64,000 nt of DNA from Octopus vulgaris (taxonomy: Eukaryota): positions 31,062,001 to 31,126,000 of the forward strand of contig OX597827.1 in the NCBI GenBank assembly GCA_951406725.2. Direction: 5' to 3'. Shown one piece after another: positions 1 to 13,158 of the stretch (positions are counted from its first letter, which is position 1; the number at the start of each line of letters is the position of its first letter). The translations under genes were made by a program, and so were the position numbers. The notes beneath the pieces were generated by a model. That model did no database searches, was not told the DNA's origin, and was given only the letters and a program-made list of their open reading frames with translations.

Positions 1-360
1 CGAGAGTGTAATGGGTGCTTTTACATGGCACCGGCACGTGGGTCAGTCAGGCAGCACTGGCAACGACCTCGCTCGAATGTTTTTCACATGCCACTGGCAC
101 GAATGCCAGTAAGGTGATGCTGGTAACGATCACGTTTGAATGATGCTTTTTGCATGCCACTGGCACGGAAGCCAGTCAGCTGCTCTGGTAGTGATCACGC
201 TCAGATGGTGCTCTTAGCGCTTCACTGGCATGGGCGCTAGTAATTGAATTTGTGAATTTGATTTGATTGCGATTTCACTTGCCTCAACAGGTCTTCGCAA
301 GCAGAGTTTAGTGTCCAATGAAGGAAAGGTACGCATAAGTGGTTTAGTTACACACCTGGC
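1..360 (-). mobile_element. RTE-LINE 3' UTR-derived repeat fragment
   Basis: Shares motifs (gggtgctttt..gtgccaccggcac, cacttgcctcaacaggtctt, aaggaaaggta) with copies at 15004-15490 and, in reverse, with the RTE tail at 55700-56055. Confidence 0.7.
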
Positions 361-1358
361 ATAGGTCATGGGTTATGGTCTCACTTGGTTTGCCGGGTCT
401 TCTCATAGACCACGGGATATGGTCTCACTTGGTTTGCCCGGTCTTCTCATAGGCCATGGGTTATGGTCTCACTTGGTTTGCTGGGTCTTCTCATAGGCAA
501 CAGGTTATGGTCTCACTTAGTTTGCCGGGTCTACTCACAGACCACGGGTTATGGTTTCACTTGGTTTGCCGGTCTTCTTATAGACCACGGGTTATGGTCT
601 CACTTGGTTTGCCAGGTCTTCTCATAGATCACAGGTTATGGTCTCACTTGGTTAGCCAGGTCTTCTCATAGACCACAGGTTATGGTCACACTTGGTTTGC
701 CAGGTCTTCTCATTGGCCACGGGTCATGGTCTCACTTGGTTTGCCGGGTCTTCTCATAAACCACGGGTAGACCATGGGTTATGGTCTCACTTGGTTTGCC
801 GGGTCTTCTCATAGACCACGGGTTATGGTCTCACTTAATTTGCCGGGTCTTCTCATAGACCATGGGTTATGGTCTCATTTAGTTTGCCGGGTCTTCTCAT
901 AGACCACAGGTTATGGTCTCACTTGGTTTGTCAGGTCTTCTCATAGACCACGGATTATGGTCTCACTTGGTTTGCCGGGTCTTCTCATAGACCATGGGTT
1001 ATGGTCTCACTTGGTTTGCCGGGTTTTCTCATAGACCACGGGTTATGGTCTCACTTGGTTTGCCGGGTCTTCTCATAGACCATGGGTTATGGTCTCACTT
1101 GGTTTGCCGGGTTTTCTCATAGACCACGGGTTATGGTCTCACTTGGTTTGCCGGGTCTTCTCATAGACCATGGGTTGTGGTCTCACTTCGTTTGCCCGGT
1201 CTTCTCATAGACCACGGGTTATGGTCTCATTTTGTTTGCTGGGTCTTGTCATAGACCATGGGTTATGGTCTCACTTGGTTTGCCGGGTCTTCTGATAGAC
1301 CATGGGTTGTGGTCTCACTTGGTTTGCCAGTCCTTCTCATAGGCCACAGGTTATGGTA
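360..1358. repeat. 44-bp minisatellite, about 22 copies (ATAGACCACGGGTTATGGTCTCACTTGGTTTGCCGGGTCTTCTC)
   Basis: Direct head-to-tail repeats with scattered substitutions and no unique spacers. Confidence 0.95.
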
Positions 1359-1719
1359 CTTGAGCTGAGGCACCACAATTTAGTACGGTATTATCCATAC
1401 AATTTCTAATCGCCTTATATATATATATATATATATACAAAATGAGAAAATGGAGAAACATGCCTAAATCAATCATCAACCATCAGATAATACCCAATCA
1501 ATACTTTATTAAACTATATATATATATAGAGGCACACAGGAAAGGTTGTGAGGTAAGAAGCTTGCTTCCCAACCACATGGTTCTGGGTTTAGTTCCACTG
1601 CATGGCAGATTGGGCAAGTGACTTCTACTACAGCCTCAGGCCAACCAAAGCTTTGTGAGAGGATTTGGTAGACAGAAACTGAAAGAAGTCTGTCGTATAT
1701 ATATATATATATATAATAA

Positions 1720-2038
1720 ATATTAGGGAATAAATCCAAATTTACAGGGAAAAAATCAGATTTAGGATTAAATCTAATTTTATAGTAAAATATTATAAAA
1801 TATTATTAGAGACAAAACCACTATTTTGCAAAACAAACAAGGAAAGACTTAATCAATACATAAAATTTTAATAAATAGTCAAAAAAACCGCCACTACAAT
1901 TGTTTCTTGTCTTGATCGACAATCTTCAGGTCAAGACAAGAAACAATTGTAGTGGCGGTTTTTTTTTCTATTTATTAAAATTTTATGTATTGATTAAGTC
2001 TTTCCTTGTTTGTTTTGCAAAATAGTGGTTTTGTCTCT

Positions 2039-2045
<7 letters not shown>
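1720..2045. mobile_element. Asymmetric fold-back PLE pseudo-LTR fragment in (TA)n
   Basis: Positions 1800-1915 are the reverse complement of 1931-2045. It contains a hammerhead core and is flanked by TA repeats. Confidence 0.75.
1891..1931 (-). ncRNA. Minimal type I hammerhead motif, stem I truncated at the inversion junction
   Basis: Minus strand reads CTGAAGA-TTGTC-GATCAA-GACAA-GAAA-CAATTG-TA-GTGG. Confidence 0.7.
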
Positions 2046-2073
<28 letters not shown>

Positions 2074-2102
2074 CACATATATATATACATATATATATAT
2101 AC

Positions 2103-2135
<33 letters not shown>

Positions 2136-2230
2136 CATATATATATGTATATGTATATATGTATATATATATATGTATATGTATGTTTATATATGTATAT
2201 CATCATCATAATCATCATCATCGTTTAGCG

Positions 2231-2281
<51 letters not shown>

Positions 2282-2562
2282 CACACACATATATATGTAT
2301 ATATATATACACACACATATATATGTATATATCTATGTGTGTGTGTCCTTATGCCCGCATTTCTTTTCTGCCACCTCCTGACAACTGGCACTGGTGTGTT
2401 TCTGTCCCTGCAACATAGCAGTTCTGCAAAAAAGAGACCGATAGAATAAGTACTAGGTTTACAAAGAATAAGTCCTGTGGTCGATTTGCTTGACTAAAGG
2501 CAGTGCTCCAGCATTGCTGCTGTCAAATGACTGATACAAGTAAAAGAAAAAAATATATATAT

Positions 2563-2817
2563 ATTGTTGCTATTATGTTAAACTGACGTATATCAAAATT
2601 TGGCCAAATGCTTTCTTTTTATCAATATTTATTTTTGCTTGTAATATGTCAGTTCTTTTGGTCAAACTCTCATATCTCCAGCTACTTCAGATGCCAAGAT
2701 ATCAGAAATTGTCAAAGTATATTACAATGGTTTTGCTATGGAATGGTGAAACTATATTTTCATTTATTGAAAAAGCAACATCTTGGACTTACAACACTTT
2801 TGCATAATAGCAACAAT
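2563..2817. mobile_element. MITE with ATTGTTGCTATTATG terminal inverted repeats
   Basis: Has terminal inverted repeats. A second copy lies in the opposite orientation at about 11871-12125. Confidence 0.7.
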
Positions 2818-3803
2818 ATGCAATAATGTATGTATTAAATGACAAGTGCCTGGGAGTTGTGGTAACTTGCTGTACTTGAAGTAAAATCATACATTCAGGC
2901 TTGTGTTTTACATGTAGTGGTGACACATAAAATGCACTTTTGTGCAGGTGCTGCATAAGCAGTGACATGTAAAAAAGCACCCATCACACACTGTAAAGTG
3001 GTTGGCATTAGGAAGGACATCCAGCCATAGACGCCACACCACAACAGACAAGTAGACTTTCGCTAGTTTCTGTCAACCCATCCAACCCATGACAGCATGG
3101 AAAACGGATGCTAAACAATGATAAAGACAATGTTCAATATCTATCATCATTTTCATACTTGCATGGGTTAATCCGAAATCATTACATCAGCAACCTTTCT
3201 CAAGAATCCAGCCACTTGAGACTTGGCACATGTGGGAAGAACTACTAAAATAATTCAAGGCAATTTTTTTTTATATTGGGCATACCATTCGGAAACTGCT
3301 GCAGGCTGCACTTTGCCCATGGCTGCTAGACCATTATAAGATACTTTAAAATGTAAGACATTTTTTCTATCTTTGGTTTTGACAAACTAAAATACTGTGA
3401 GAGATAGCAGACATTTTTGTTAGCTTTTTTCAATCTCCCTTCTGAAGAGCTCTAGCCATTTCAGTTATTTGCCATGCCCACCCTCACTAGTCTTTTCTTG
3501 TCTTATTTCATACTTTCAGATTTATTTGTGTGACATTTCTCAAGAGACCAAATTTATCTTTTAGCTTTTAATTGTTTCAATCATTAGACTGCGACCATAC
3601 TGGAGCAGTTCCTTGAACAATGATTTAGTCAACCAGACTGACCCCAGTAATTACGTTTTTGAGTTTGGTACTTATTCTATTGGTAATCTTTTGCTGAACT
3701 GCTAAGTTACGGGGATGTAAACACACCAACACCTGTTGTCAAGCAATGGTAAGGGAGGGACAAACACACACACACAATCACATACACTTGCACACAATCT
3801 CAT

Positions 3804-3866
<63 letters not shown>

Positions 3867-4009
3867 AGCAATTAAGATTCAAGTAACTTCCAATGAATTT
3901 ACTTGAATGTGGTACTTAACTTAGATGCACCAGAAAAACTATATGGTGTTAACCATACAGTAATGTGGGGTGATTATAAACGAGAAAAAAGCAACAAGAA
4001 TGGATTACT

Positions 4010-4100
4010 TTTTAGTACAATTGTTTCATACAAAGACAGGCTTTATTACAAGTTGCAAAAATTGCAGCAGATAAAAGTGTCCCGTACTCATCAGCTAAAA
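4010..4100 (-). ncRNA. Type I hammerhead ribozyme with short palindromic stem III
   Basis: TTTTAG-CTGATGA-GTACGGGACA...TGTCTTTGTAT-GAAA-CAATTG-TA-CTAAAA, with a perfect 6-bp stem I. Confidence 0.85.
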
Positions 4101-4152
4101 TACATATGAGTTCTCCAAACATCTTAGTGGGTGAGGTTATACTCATGAAATA

Positions 4153-4701
4153 TTGGAGATAATTTCATTAAAGGCAGATATAGGTTGCAAACAGATTTCC
4201 AAGTTCCTTAATCAAAATAACAGGAACATAAGACATCTACCCATGAATAATCCAACTTCTGAAGTTGTTCCTCCTGCGTGTAAGTGTAGAATTAAGTCAA
4301 GATGCCCGGCACCTGGTCTTTGCGGGGAAAATAACGTAATCTATAAATGTACCATATCTACTGAGAATAACAATTTTTTTTACATTGGTTGTACAATAAA
4401 TTTTAATAAAAGAGTTAGAAATCACGTCTCATCTTTTAGATTACGTCATAAAGCTGGTACCACCACACTTTCAAGTAAGATCTGGGAACTCAAAAATAAT
4501 AACAGGAATTATAACCTTAATTGGGAAATAGTTAGGAGAGCAATGCCGTATAAAAATAGCAGGGTTGGTTGCCAACTCTGCTCCATGGAGACCTATGAAA
4601 TTCTAAGGCATAGAAAAAATAGAAGCTTGTTAAAAAACCATATTGAAGTAGGACAAGTTTGTGTCCACGCTAAATTGAAGACTCTAAAATATTTTAAATG
4701 A
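4153..4701 (+). pseudogene. PLE GIY-YIG endonuclease domain fragment
   Basis: CKCRIKSRCP..C..NVIYKC...FFYIGCT..FNKRVRNH..SF...LSSKIWELK...W.I....CQLCSME..I...CVH. Homologous to 21875-22564. Confidence 0.85.
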
Positions 4702-6119
4702 ATAACTGTATAGAATAATCGTAACAAGATAGGTAGATAAATATAACTGGGTTTTTACTAGTATAGCATTACTTTTAAGTAGATAACTGCGAGTTCTCAC
4801 ACTATAGTTATCTTTTTCTTTATAACTGCACCTGATTTTGAGCATTGGGAAATAAATAGTACTCGTACGTTGCTTAAATGAGAGTTTATTTAATTCTTAT
4901 TTAATTCTTAAATCTTAATTTTTATTTTTAATTTTTAATTTTTGAACTTAATCTAGTTTAGGTAACACAACTTTAATAAAATAAGTTACTAAGGCTTAAC
5001 AATTCTATTACAAAATTAAATAAGTAAAGATACTCCCTTGAAAGTAGTATGAGAAACTTCAATATAATAGACAATTCCATCACACCTTGTTAATTAAATT
5101 CTAAGTTTTGACCGGTAGTCTGTTAATGTATTGATAGTAACGGCAACAATTTTAAGACAGTAACAGGAATAAATAAATAAATAAATTTAAATGACCTCTG
5201 GTTAGGGTTGCACTTAGATCTTTTCTCTTAATGTATTTCCTTTTGACGATAGCTTTTGACCCCTCTACCCCTGACCTTGTTTATCTCTTTAAATTCTCTT
5301 TAGATTCATATCTGCTTTCATCTACGTCAGGTGATAGTAAATAGCTGTTTACTGGTCAAAAATAATTTTCTCCTCATAGTTCCTGGATTCTTACAGATTC
5401 AAGCTAACTAAGTTGTCTACAAATTCTTCTGTATTTGGTCACTTTAGAACCCCCTCCCTCTAAGTTGTCACAGTATACTCTATATAGGCGCCTTTTCTTT
5501 TCTCCCTTCTTCCCCTTTTTTCTTTTTCTTTTCCTTTTTCTTTTCTTCTCCCCCGTTTCTCTTCCTTTTTCTTTTTCTTTTCCTTCTTTCTTCTTCTTCT
5601 CCTTTTTCTTTTTCTTTTTTCCTTGTCTCTTTTCTTTTTTCTTTTATTTTCTTTGCTCCACAAATAAATTCCTTCAGCTTTTAGAAATCTTAACATAGCA
5701 GTTTTGCATGGAGAGCAGTAATGTGGCAAATACCTTATCATATAGCATGAAATGATTGTGGATCAAAAATGGTTAAATTCATCGTCTGTGAGTATGAAAT
5801 TCCTCCTCATATCGCTGGAAATTTAAATCTTCACTACGGATTAATTCACCTTTTCTGTGAAGCTAATAAGCTTTTAAAAACCTGTGATAAGTCTGTGCAT
5901 CATCCTCCTCATATCTCTGGAAATTTAAATCTACACTACGGATTAATTCATCTTCTCTTTGAAACTAATAAGCTTTTAAGAATCTGTGATAAGACTGTGC
6001 ATCATCATTAAGGAACTTTGGAAATCTGTTTGCAACCTATATCTGCCTTTAATGAAATTATCTCTAATATTTCATGAGTATAACCTCACCCACTAAGATG
6101 TTTGGAGAACTCATATGTA

Positions 6120-6210
6120 TTTTAGCTGATGAGTATGGGACACTTTTATCTGCTGCAATTTTTGCAACTTGTAATAAAGCCTGTCTTTGTATGAAACAAT
6201 TGTACTAAAA
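6120..6210 (+). ncRNA. Type I hammerhead ribozyme, predicted cleavage after 6204 (GUA)
   Basis: TTTTAG(6120-25) CTGATGA(6126-32) stem II GAAA(6193-96) CAATTG TA CTAAAA(6205-10). Confidence 0.85.
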
Positions 6211-6239
6211 ACTAATCCATTCTTGTTGCTTCTTTCTTG

Positions 6240-6286
<47 letters not shown>

Positions 6287-6869
6287 GGGTTCTTTAAGTT
6301 TCGGTCTATCAAATCCACCCACAAGGCTTTGGTCAGTCTGGGGCTATAGTAGAAGACTTTATATATGTCTAAGGCACCATACAGTGGGACTGAACCTGGA
6401 ACCATGTGGTTGGGAAGCAACACCACCTTTATGCATTTACTATTTAATACCATTTACCAATTTATTTATTTTTTTTTGCTCAAGAAAATTTCCTTTCAAT
6501 CAATTAATTGAAATTTAATTTTCCAGGTTTATCACCTTTTCTACCCTGCCATCATTTGTCATTTATTATCACCTTTTGCCATTCGATTTATTGTATCTTA
6601 CTTATCTTTAGTCTTCTCTCGTCCAACTTATTCCTTGCTTTGATGTAAATTACACAATTCATAAATCTTTTTTCTTTTTATGTAACTTATCTGATTTACC
6701 TGTCTTTTCATCATTAACTTGCAATTGAACAGGTATTCACGAGAACAAATGTGCGTACCTTTGCATCTCAACATGCACAAGTGCATATTTCTGTGCACAG
6801 ATGTGCATGCAGGTGTTGCATGTGTGCAAATGCATGAATATATATATATGTATATATATATGTATCTAT

Positions 6870-7080
6870 ATCATCATCATCGTTTAACGTCCGTTCTCCA
6901 TGCTAGCATGGTTTGGATGGTTCGACCGGGGATCTGGGAAGCCAGAAGGCTGCACCAGGCTCCAGTCTGATCTGGCAGTGTTTCTACAGCTGAATGCCCT
7001 TCCTAATGCCAACCACTCCGTGAGTGTAGTGGGTGCTTTTTATGTGCCACCGGCACGGAAGCCAGCCAAGGCTGCGCCGG

Positions 7081-7082
<2 letters not shown>
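6870..7082 (-). mobile_element. RTE-LINE 3' tail copy ending in (GAT)n
   Basis: Reverse complement of 55860-56055. Similar copies at about 13390-13870, 15004-15490, 50905-51090, 56570-56750, 58120-58497 (+) and 61065-61280. Confidence 0.8.
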
Positions 7083-7130
<48 letters not shown>

Positions 7131-7132
<2 letters not shown>

Positions 7133-7440
7133 GATAAATCTCAGAGCGAGTTATAAACAGTAGCGGTAACACAACGTGATGCATATATGCCATTTGAATA
7201 TGGCTAACCCAAAAGGGTGGATGCTACTGTAGTTTGTAGCCCCAGGGAGACACCTCCTCCCGCTGGCTATAGACACACTATCTGTGTCCTGAAGGGGAGG
7301 ATGACTCCCCTTCACAAATACTGACAGGACACAGATAGTGTGTCTATAGCCAGCGGGAGGAGGTGTCTTCCTGGGGCTACAAACTACAGTAGCATCCACC
7401 CTTTTGGGTTAGCCATATTCAAATGGCATATATGCATCAC

Positions 7441-7442
<2 letters not shown>
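7131..7442. mobile_element. Asymmetric fold-back insert (about 118-bp arms) in (TA)n
   Basis: 7174-7291 is a near-perfect inverse of 7325-7442, with an internal hairpin TGAAGGGGAG-GATGA-CTCCCCTTCA. Confidence 0.8.
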
Positions 7443-7490
<48 letters not shown>

Positions 7491-8528
7491 ATATTACATA
7501 TATGTATGTATATATATATATGTGTGTGTGTATGTTTGTATGTATGTATGTATGTATATATATATATGCATGTATATATGCATGTATATACATATGCATG
7601 TATATATATGTACATATATATGTATATATACATGTCTATATATATATGTATATATATATATGTATATATATATATGTATATATATATGTGGGAATGTGAA
7701 GACATGCTAGTGTGTACACATACATGTATCCATTGAGCATGGTTATGAATATATATGCATATGAATTTCAGCGATATAATGTGCATGTGCTTGCATGATG
7801 CAAGTGCTACATGTACATGTGCACTGATGAGTATGTAGGCATGAAAGCTTGAGTCTGTTTCAGTCGACTTCGTTTATTTAAGTCTCTGTATAGGAATGTT
7901 CCATGTGTGTGCACACATGTACATGTGTTTCAACATCATCATCATTATTAGCATCATCATACTCATTAACATCACTGCCACCACTGCTGCTGTCACCACC
8001 GCTGTTACCACTACCGCCCCTTCCACCTTCACCAAATGAATGAAACACAATTTCGTCTAAGCAGATGTGCACATCACCATAAATGTGCAAATGCATGCAT
8101 ATCAATATGGACATTTGAGTCTCTTCCCTGCAACCCTAAGCTTGCACATGTGCATCTGTGTGTGTGTGTGTGTGTGTGCATGCATGTGTGTCCATATGAG
8201 AAGCAAGCTTGTATATGCTTCTATATATGCATACAACTGTACATATATCCATGTGAACTTATGCATATACATGCATACCATATGAATGCTTATGCCTGTT
8301 AATGTGTGTACGCAGGAGTATGAATAACTGTGCATCTACATATACTTATAATGACACACATACATGTATGAGATGATAATAGTTTTATACATATAGGCTT
8401 AGAAAAACTGCAACACTGCTGCAATAAGCATGTGAATCTGAGAGGGGAATATGTTGAATAAAATCATAGTTAACTGATCCTCCTGTATTTTCTTTTACTC
8501 AAAGCCAAGAACTTTTTTTGACTCCCCC

Positions 8529-8572
<44 letters not shown>

Positions 8573-8574
<2 letters not shown>

Positions 8575-8932
8575 TCTTTTACTTGTTTCATCCATTTGAC
8601 TGTGGCCATGCTGGAGCACTGCTTTTAGTCAAGCAAATCAACCCCAGGACTTATTCTTTGTCAGCCTAGTACTTATTCTACTGGTCTCTTTTGGCGAACC
8701 GCTAAGTAACGGGGATGTAAACACACCAGCATCGGTTGTCAAGCGATGTTGGGGGGACAAACACAGACACACAAATATATACACACACATGCATATATGA
8801 TGGGCCTCTTCCAGTTTCCATCTACCAAATCCTGAGGCTATAATAGAAGACACTTGCCCTAGGCGCCACACAGTGGGACTGAACCTGGGATCATGTGGTT
8901 GGTAGGCAAACTACTTACCACACAGCCACTCC
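8573..8932 (-). mobile_element. tRNA-derived SINE family A
   Basis: Near full-length copy. Other copies at about 14020-14345, 24768-25170, 35017-35415, 47055-47465, 58877-59382 (all minus) and 32868-33262, 35590-35900 (plus). Confidence 0.85.
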
Positions 8933-9212
8933 TATATAAATATATATATATATACATACATACATACATACATACATATGCACACACACATACATGTTGA
9001 TTTCAAATTTTGTCAGAAGCCCAGTAATTTCAGGGAAAAGGGTAAATTGATTATGTTGATCCCAATCTTCAACTGGTACTTATTTTATTCATCCCAAAAG
9101 GATGAAAATTAAAGTCGACCTCAGCAGAATTTGAACATGAAGGCCAACAAATTGCTGCCAAGCATTGTTCCTGGCATGGTAATGACTCTGCCAGCTGATC
9201 AACTTATATATA

Positions 9213-10048
9213 TTGGGTCATCCCATAAATAATGTGGTCTTTGAAATTGCATGAAATAAAAGTCAGAGGGGGACAGGATAAACTACTTGCATCAACTTGT
9301 TATAAAAGCAGGTAGTAATTTTATCCTGACTTTATTCTTAGTGCAAGTTTTGAAGAGTGCAGTTCGATTTTAACAGTTATTTTTTCAAAGCTATAATGGA
9401 AGTGACAAAGGAGCATATTCATCAAATTTTGCTTTATGAGTTCAATAAAGGCAACAATGTAACGGAAAGTGTGAGGAATATTAATGCAGTATATGGGGAT
9501 CAGACAATAAGCTGGAAATTACTGCCTAGAAGATCTGTAAAGTTCGATGAAGACGTCCTGCAAAACCTGGTGGAACAAAATCCCACTGTAACTGTTGAGA
9601 AACTAGCGGAGTAGCTTGGATTTGGTCATTCACCCAGTTATTCAAGTCAGTGCTAGATGTAAAATGCATCAGGATAATGCTTGGTCACATAAACCGGGGA
9701 TGACATTCCGAAAACTGGAGCAGTTTGAATGGGAAATGATGCCCCACCCACCTACCATACTTGCCAGACATTGCCTCATCTGGTTATCATTTATTCTGCA
9801 GTCTTCAAAATCATTTGGACGGAAAATATATGAATTCTGCAGACGAGGTCAGAACAGTCCTGGAGGAGTATTTTTCATCACGGACAATTGAATTTTGGAA
9901 GAGGGGCCTTGCAAGTCTACCAGATAGACGGAAGAGCATTGTAGAAAATGAAGGAGAGTATATTTTAGATTAAAAAAGAACTTTGCTTATCTTAATTTTG
10001 AAAAATAAAACAAGTATAAAAAAATGCATTATTTATGGGAGGACCCAA
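9213..10048 (+). mobile_element. Internally deleted mariner transposon
   Basis: TIRs TTGGGTCATCCCATAAATAATG / CATTATTTATGGGAGGACCCAA with TA TSD. Transposase remnants LLYEFNKG, HQDNA, HPP, PDIASSGYHLFCSLQNHL. Confidence 0.9.
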
Positions 10049-10537
10049 TACATGTGTGTGTGTGTGTGTATTACACCCAAGATGCATTTGACCATGGCAC
10101 AAAATTTGAAGAGAGCCTTAGCAACACAAAAGAAGCAATAACTGATTTGGGGAGCAGAATACCAATGTCCTCATCATACACCGGGTGACTTTAATCTTTC
10201 CAACCTTTTGGGGACAAAGAGTTATATTTTCTCAGGAATGTCATAGATGGATCAAAGCCAAGCAGAGTCTCTGTCTGAACTCATCGCCTTGATGGAATAA
10301 ATGGTCTGTTGTCTCATCAAAGGTAACAATGCATTTGATCTTTAAGATATATATATAATTATAACAATGAGGGTCTTTGCAACAGGTTGCTAGACCACAT
10401 ACCGAAAGTATTAGAAATAGCAGCCAGACGACTGTTATTTCTTTTACTACAAAAATATGTCCCACAGACAACAGTATTTGTAACTCACTATGGCAAAAAA
10501 ATGAAGAAAAACAACGAAATCAAACAGTGTCCGGTCA

Positions 10538-10597
10538 ATTATGGATGCATACGTTTCTGGATTAGAATCAGAGATTCATTTCCTTCATCAACATAAT
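10538..10597 (-). ncRNA. Decayed hammerhead motif in PLE pLTR fragment (about 10355-10660)
   Basis: ATTATG-TTGATGA-AGGA..TCCA-GAAA-CGTATGCA-TC-CATAAT. Stem I is perfect and stem III looks like a transition-decayed CGCATGCG. Confidence 0.55.
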
Positions 10598-10767
10598 ATT
10601 CCGATAAATAAATCTAGAAATGCTAGGAAATCTTACCACCATATTCTGAACAGGCGTCATATATATATATATATATATATGTATGTATATGTCTGCCTGT
10701 CTGTCAATCTATCTATCTGTTTTTCTATCTATCTATTTATCTATCAATCTATCTATCTGTCCTTCTA

Positions 10768-10798
<31 letters not shown>

Positions 10799-11339
10799 GT
10801 CTATTTATATATCTATCTATCTGTCCTCCTCTCTCTCTCTCTATCTATCTATCTGTCTATGATGTGTAGGGTGGGAGTGTGTGTGTATGTGTGTGAAGAT
10901 GCACAGGGACACAAATGGAAGTCAGAATTATGTAATGTGGGAGATAAAGAGAATATCATTGATGGTGAATATGAGAGTGGAGGTTGATAGTGGTGGCAGA
11001 CAGGAGATGGTGTTAAAGATGAGACATAGTATTTCAGAGGGGAGGAAGAAATATCTGGGGGCACAGAACGTGGTGACAAGTGGGAAATAAAATGAGAAGA
11101 AATAATGCTGTGAATGAGGGATAGATGTTAAAGAAACTGAATCCGAGAGAAGGTAATGAGTAGCACAAGAAAAAAAAGAAATGTGTGCAGATTCTAATGT
11201 CATATGATTAGTACATTGGATAGTACATTGTTTAAAGGGTGATGGATGGATGTTAGGAAGAGGAGAGGTGGGAAAAGGCTGGTGGAGACAGATTGGGTGC
11301 AGGGTAGATTCTGGTGTGGTTACAGACATGAACCTAATG

Positions 11340-12370
11340 CTTTTAGAACCTTACCTTCATTGTGATGGATTGGCCATATCAATCACAGCAAAATGCTAAT
11401 AATCTCAGTCCTTTGTCATCTCCATTGTGAGACACATCTTGAGATCAGCCTTCATTAATTCGTCTCGTGACTTCCTGGGTTTTTGTCTTCTACAGGTTTC
11501 ATTCATTTTAAGCAAGTCACACTTCTTTATTCAGTTGTTGTCATTCATCTGCATCACATGACCTTCCCAGTACAGTTTTCTCTCTTGCACACCACATCTC
11601 ATTCCTCTCATGCCCAATTTTTTTCTCAACATGTTTGCACTTTGTGGTACATGTACACTGACATTGGACATCCAGTGGAATATTCTAGTTTCATTCCTCT
11701 CCAGTCTGCACATGTCCTCTATATTCGGAGCCCATGTCACACTAAGCTTTAGCAATGCTGCTTATAAACAAGCATCGTACAATCTGCCTTTCACTCTGAG
11801 GTAGAGAACTTTTGTAACCAATAGAAACAATAACCTCCAGAACTTTCCCCATCCAATTCTTATTCTAGAAATCGTTGCTATTATGCAAAAGTGTCGTAAG
11901 TCCAAAATATTGCTTTTTCAGGAAACAAAAAAATAGTTTCACCATTCCATAGCAAAACCATTGCACTACACTTTGACAATTTTTGATATCTTGGCATCTG
12001 AAGCAGCTGGAGATATGATAGATTGACCAAAAGAACCGGCTATTTATTGCAAGCAAAAATAAATATTGAAAAACATGCATTTGGCCAAATTTGGACATAC
12101 AATAATTTAATATGATAGCAACAAAATACACTTTCAGAACATGCCTCTCCACTGCTAATTAGGCCAGCTAGATAACAGAAAAAACTATTCACTATTTCCA
12201 GGAAACCTCTTGTGCATTTGAGTCCCTATGAATACTTAGTGCTTATTGCTCCAGCATATCAACCAAACACAGTCTTCTTTCTCTGTTGACCTTCTTGTGA
12301 TTCCACAGCACCACTAATGGATCCATAGGTTGTAAGGATTATACTGTATGGAATTTCTACTTGTGCCTTT
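11340..12370 (-). pseudogene. Degraded RTE-LINE RT C-terminal fragment with nested MITE
   Basis: EDMCRLERNE..WMSNVSVH..RCGVQERKLYW.GHVM, homologous to 55300-55480. Confidence 0.8.
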
Positions 12371-12553
12371 ATAGCTTATTGAGTAGGGCTTATCAGAGAG
12401 GTGTAGACTTCCATCTGTTTCTCTGCTTAAGTGTTTTTCAACTCAGTATTTACAAACTATATATATATGCGTGTGTTCTCTCTTTCTCTCACACATATGC
12501 ACATGTGCATATGTATGTATCTATATGTATATATGTGTGCTGTAACATCACTT

Positions 12554-12757
12554 CATATTACAGAACAGTTTCATGTTGCAGAATCCTCAACATGTGGAAA
12601 GTTAAATCAACAATCATCAGACATAGCTGAATGAAAGACTACACCTCCAGTCATATAAAACCCAAACTATAATCTTCCATTCAGCCATGTCCAATGATTG
12701 TTGATTTACCTTTCTGCAACTCGGAGGTTCTTCAACATGAAACCATTCAGTAACATG
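12554..12757. ncRNA. Inverted pair of decayed hammerhead motifs (12554-12625 minus, 12686-12757 plus)
   Basis: The two arms together give the consensus CATGT-CTGATGA-TTGTTGA..TCAACAT-GAAA-CTGTTCAG-TA-ACATG. Confidence 0.6.
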
Positions 12758-12786
12758 AATTGGCTGTTATAAGTCTAATTTTATAA

Positions 12787-13158
12787 TCTCTATATATATA
12801 AATGGCAAAATGTCTGTCTGTGTGTGTGTGTATCCTTTATACAAATCCACAATTTTTCAGTTAGAGGGCTCGCACTTTCTATGGTCATTCAAAACCATCC
12901 AAGGGTGTTCGTGCATATTTTTACATTTCCCCAGTAACCCCGCAAAGCCATTAACAAATCATTAGAAGTGACTTTTTTGTGAATTTTCTATCCAAAACCC
13001 AATCAAAATGCCCGAAACTTGATACGCCAATTGAATGCCAGCTAGCTGTATGTGATTGGTCGGAAATTTGGACAGTACTCGTGTGTATGTGCGTACGCAC
13101 GCAGTTGTATACGCATGCATTAGCACTATGACCCAGCGTTGCCAGGTCATAGTGCTAG
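12787..13158 (+). mobile_element. Non-autonomous Helitron
   Basis: 5' TC start, 3' hairpin GCACTATGACC..GGTCATAGTGC, ends CTAG, inserted between A and T. Confidence 0.8.

Larger units (their letters stand above)
1530..2550 (+). mobile_element. tRNA-derived SINE, family A (most abundant here), interrupted by a fold-back insert and microsatellites
   Basis: Head ..gtgaggtaagaagcttgcttcccaaccacatggttctgggtttagttcc, core ttgggcaagt..ccaaagctttgtgag, and tail gaccgatagaataagtactagg..aaatgactga. Matches intact copies at 32868 and 35017. Confidence 0.8.
3867..6236 (+). mobile_element. 5'-truncated Penelope-like element: inverted pLTR fragment, GIY-YIG region and pLTR
   Basis: About 3985-4210 is an inverted copy of about 6009-6236. 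Both arms carry a hammerhead, a GIY-YIG ORF lies between them, and (TA)n flanks both sides. Confidence 0.9.

Noticed and set aside
360-1358. CRISPR array
   Set aside because: Units are contiguous with no unique spacers, there are no cas genes, and the context is eukaryotic.
4153-4701. Host or domesticated GIY-YIG nuclease gene
   Set aside because: It starts inside the inverted pLTR with a non-ATG codon and is homologous to the PLE endonuclease at 21875-22564.
7281-7335. Hammerhead at the centre of the 7174-7442 palindrome
   Set aside because: CTGAAGG and a hairpin are present, but there is no GAAA/NUH arrangement.
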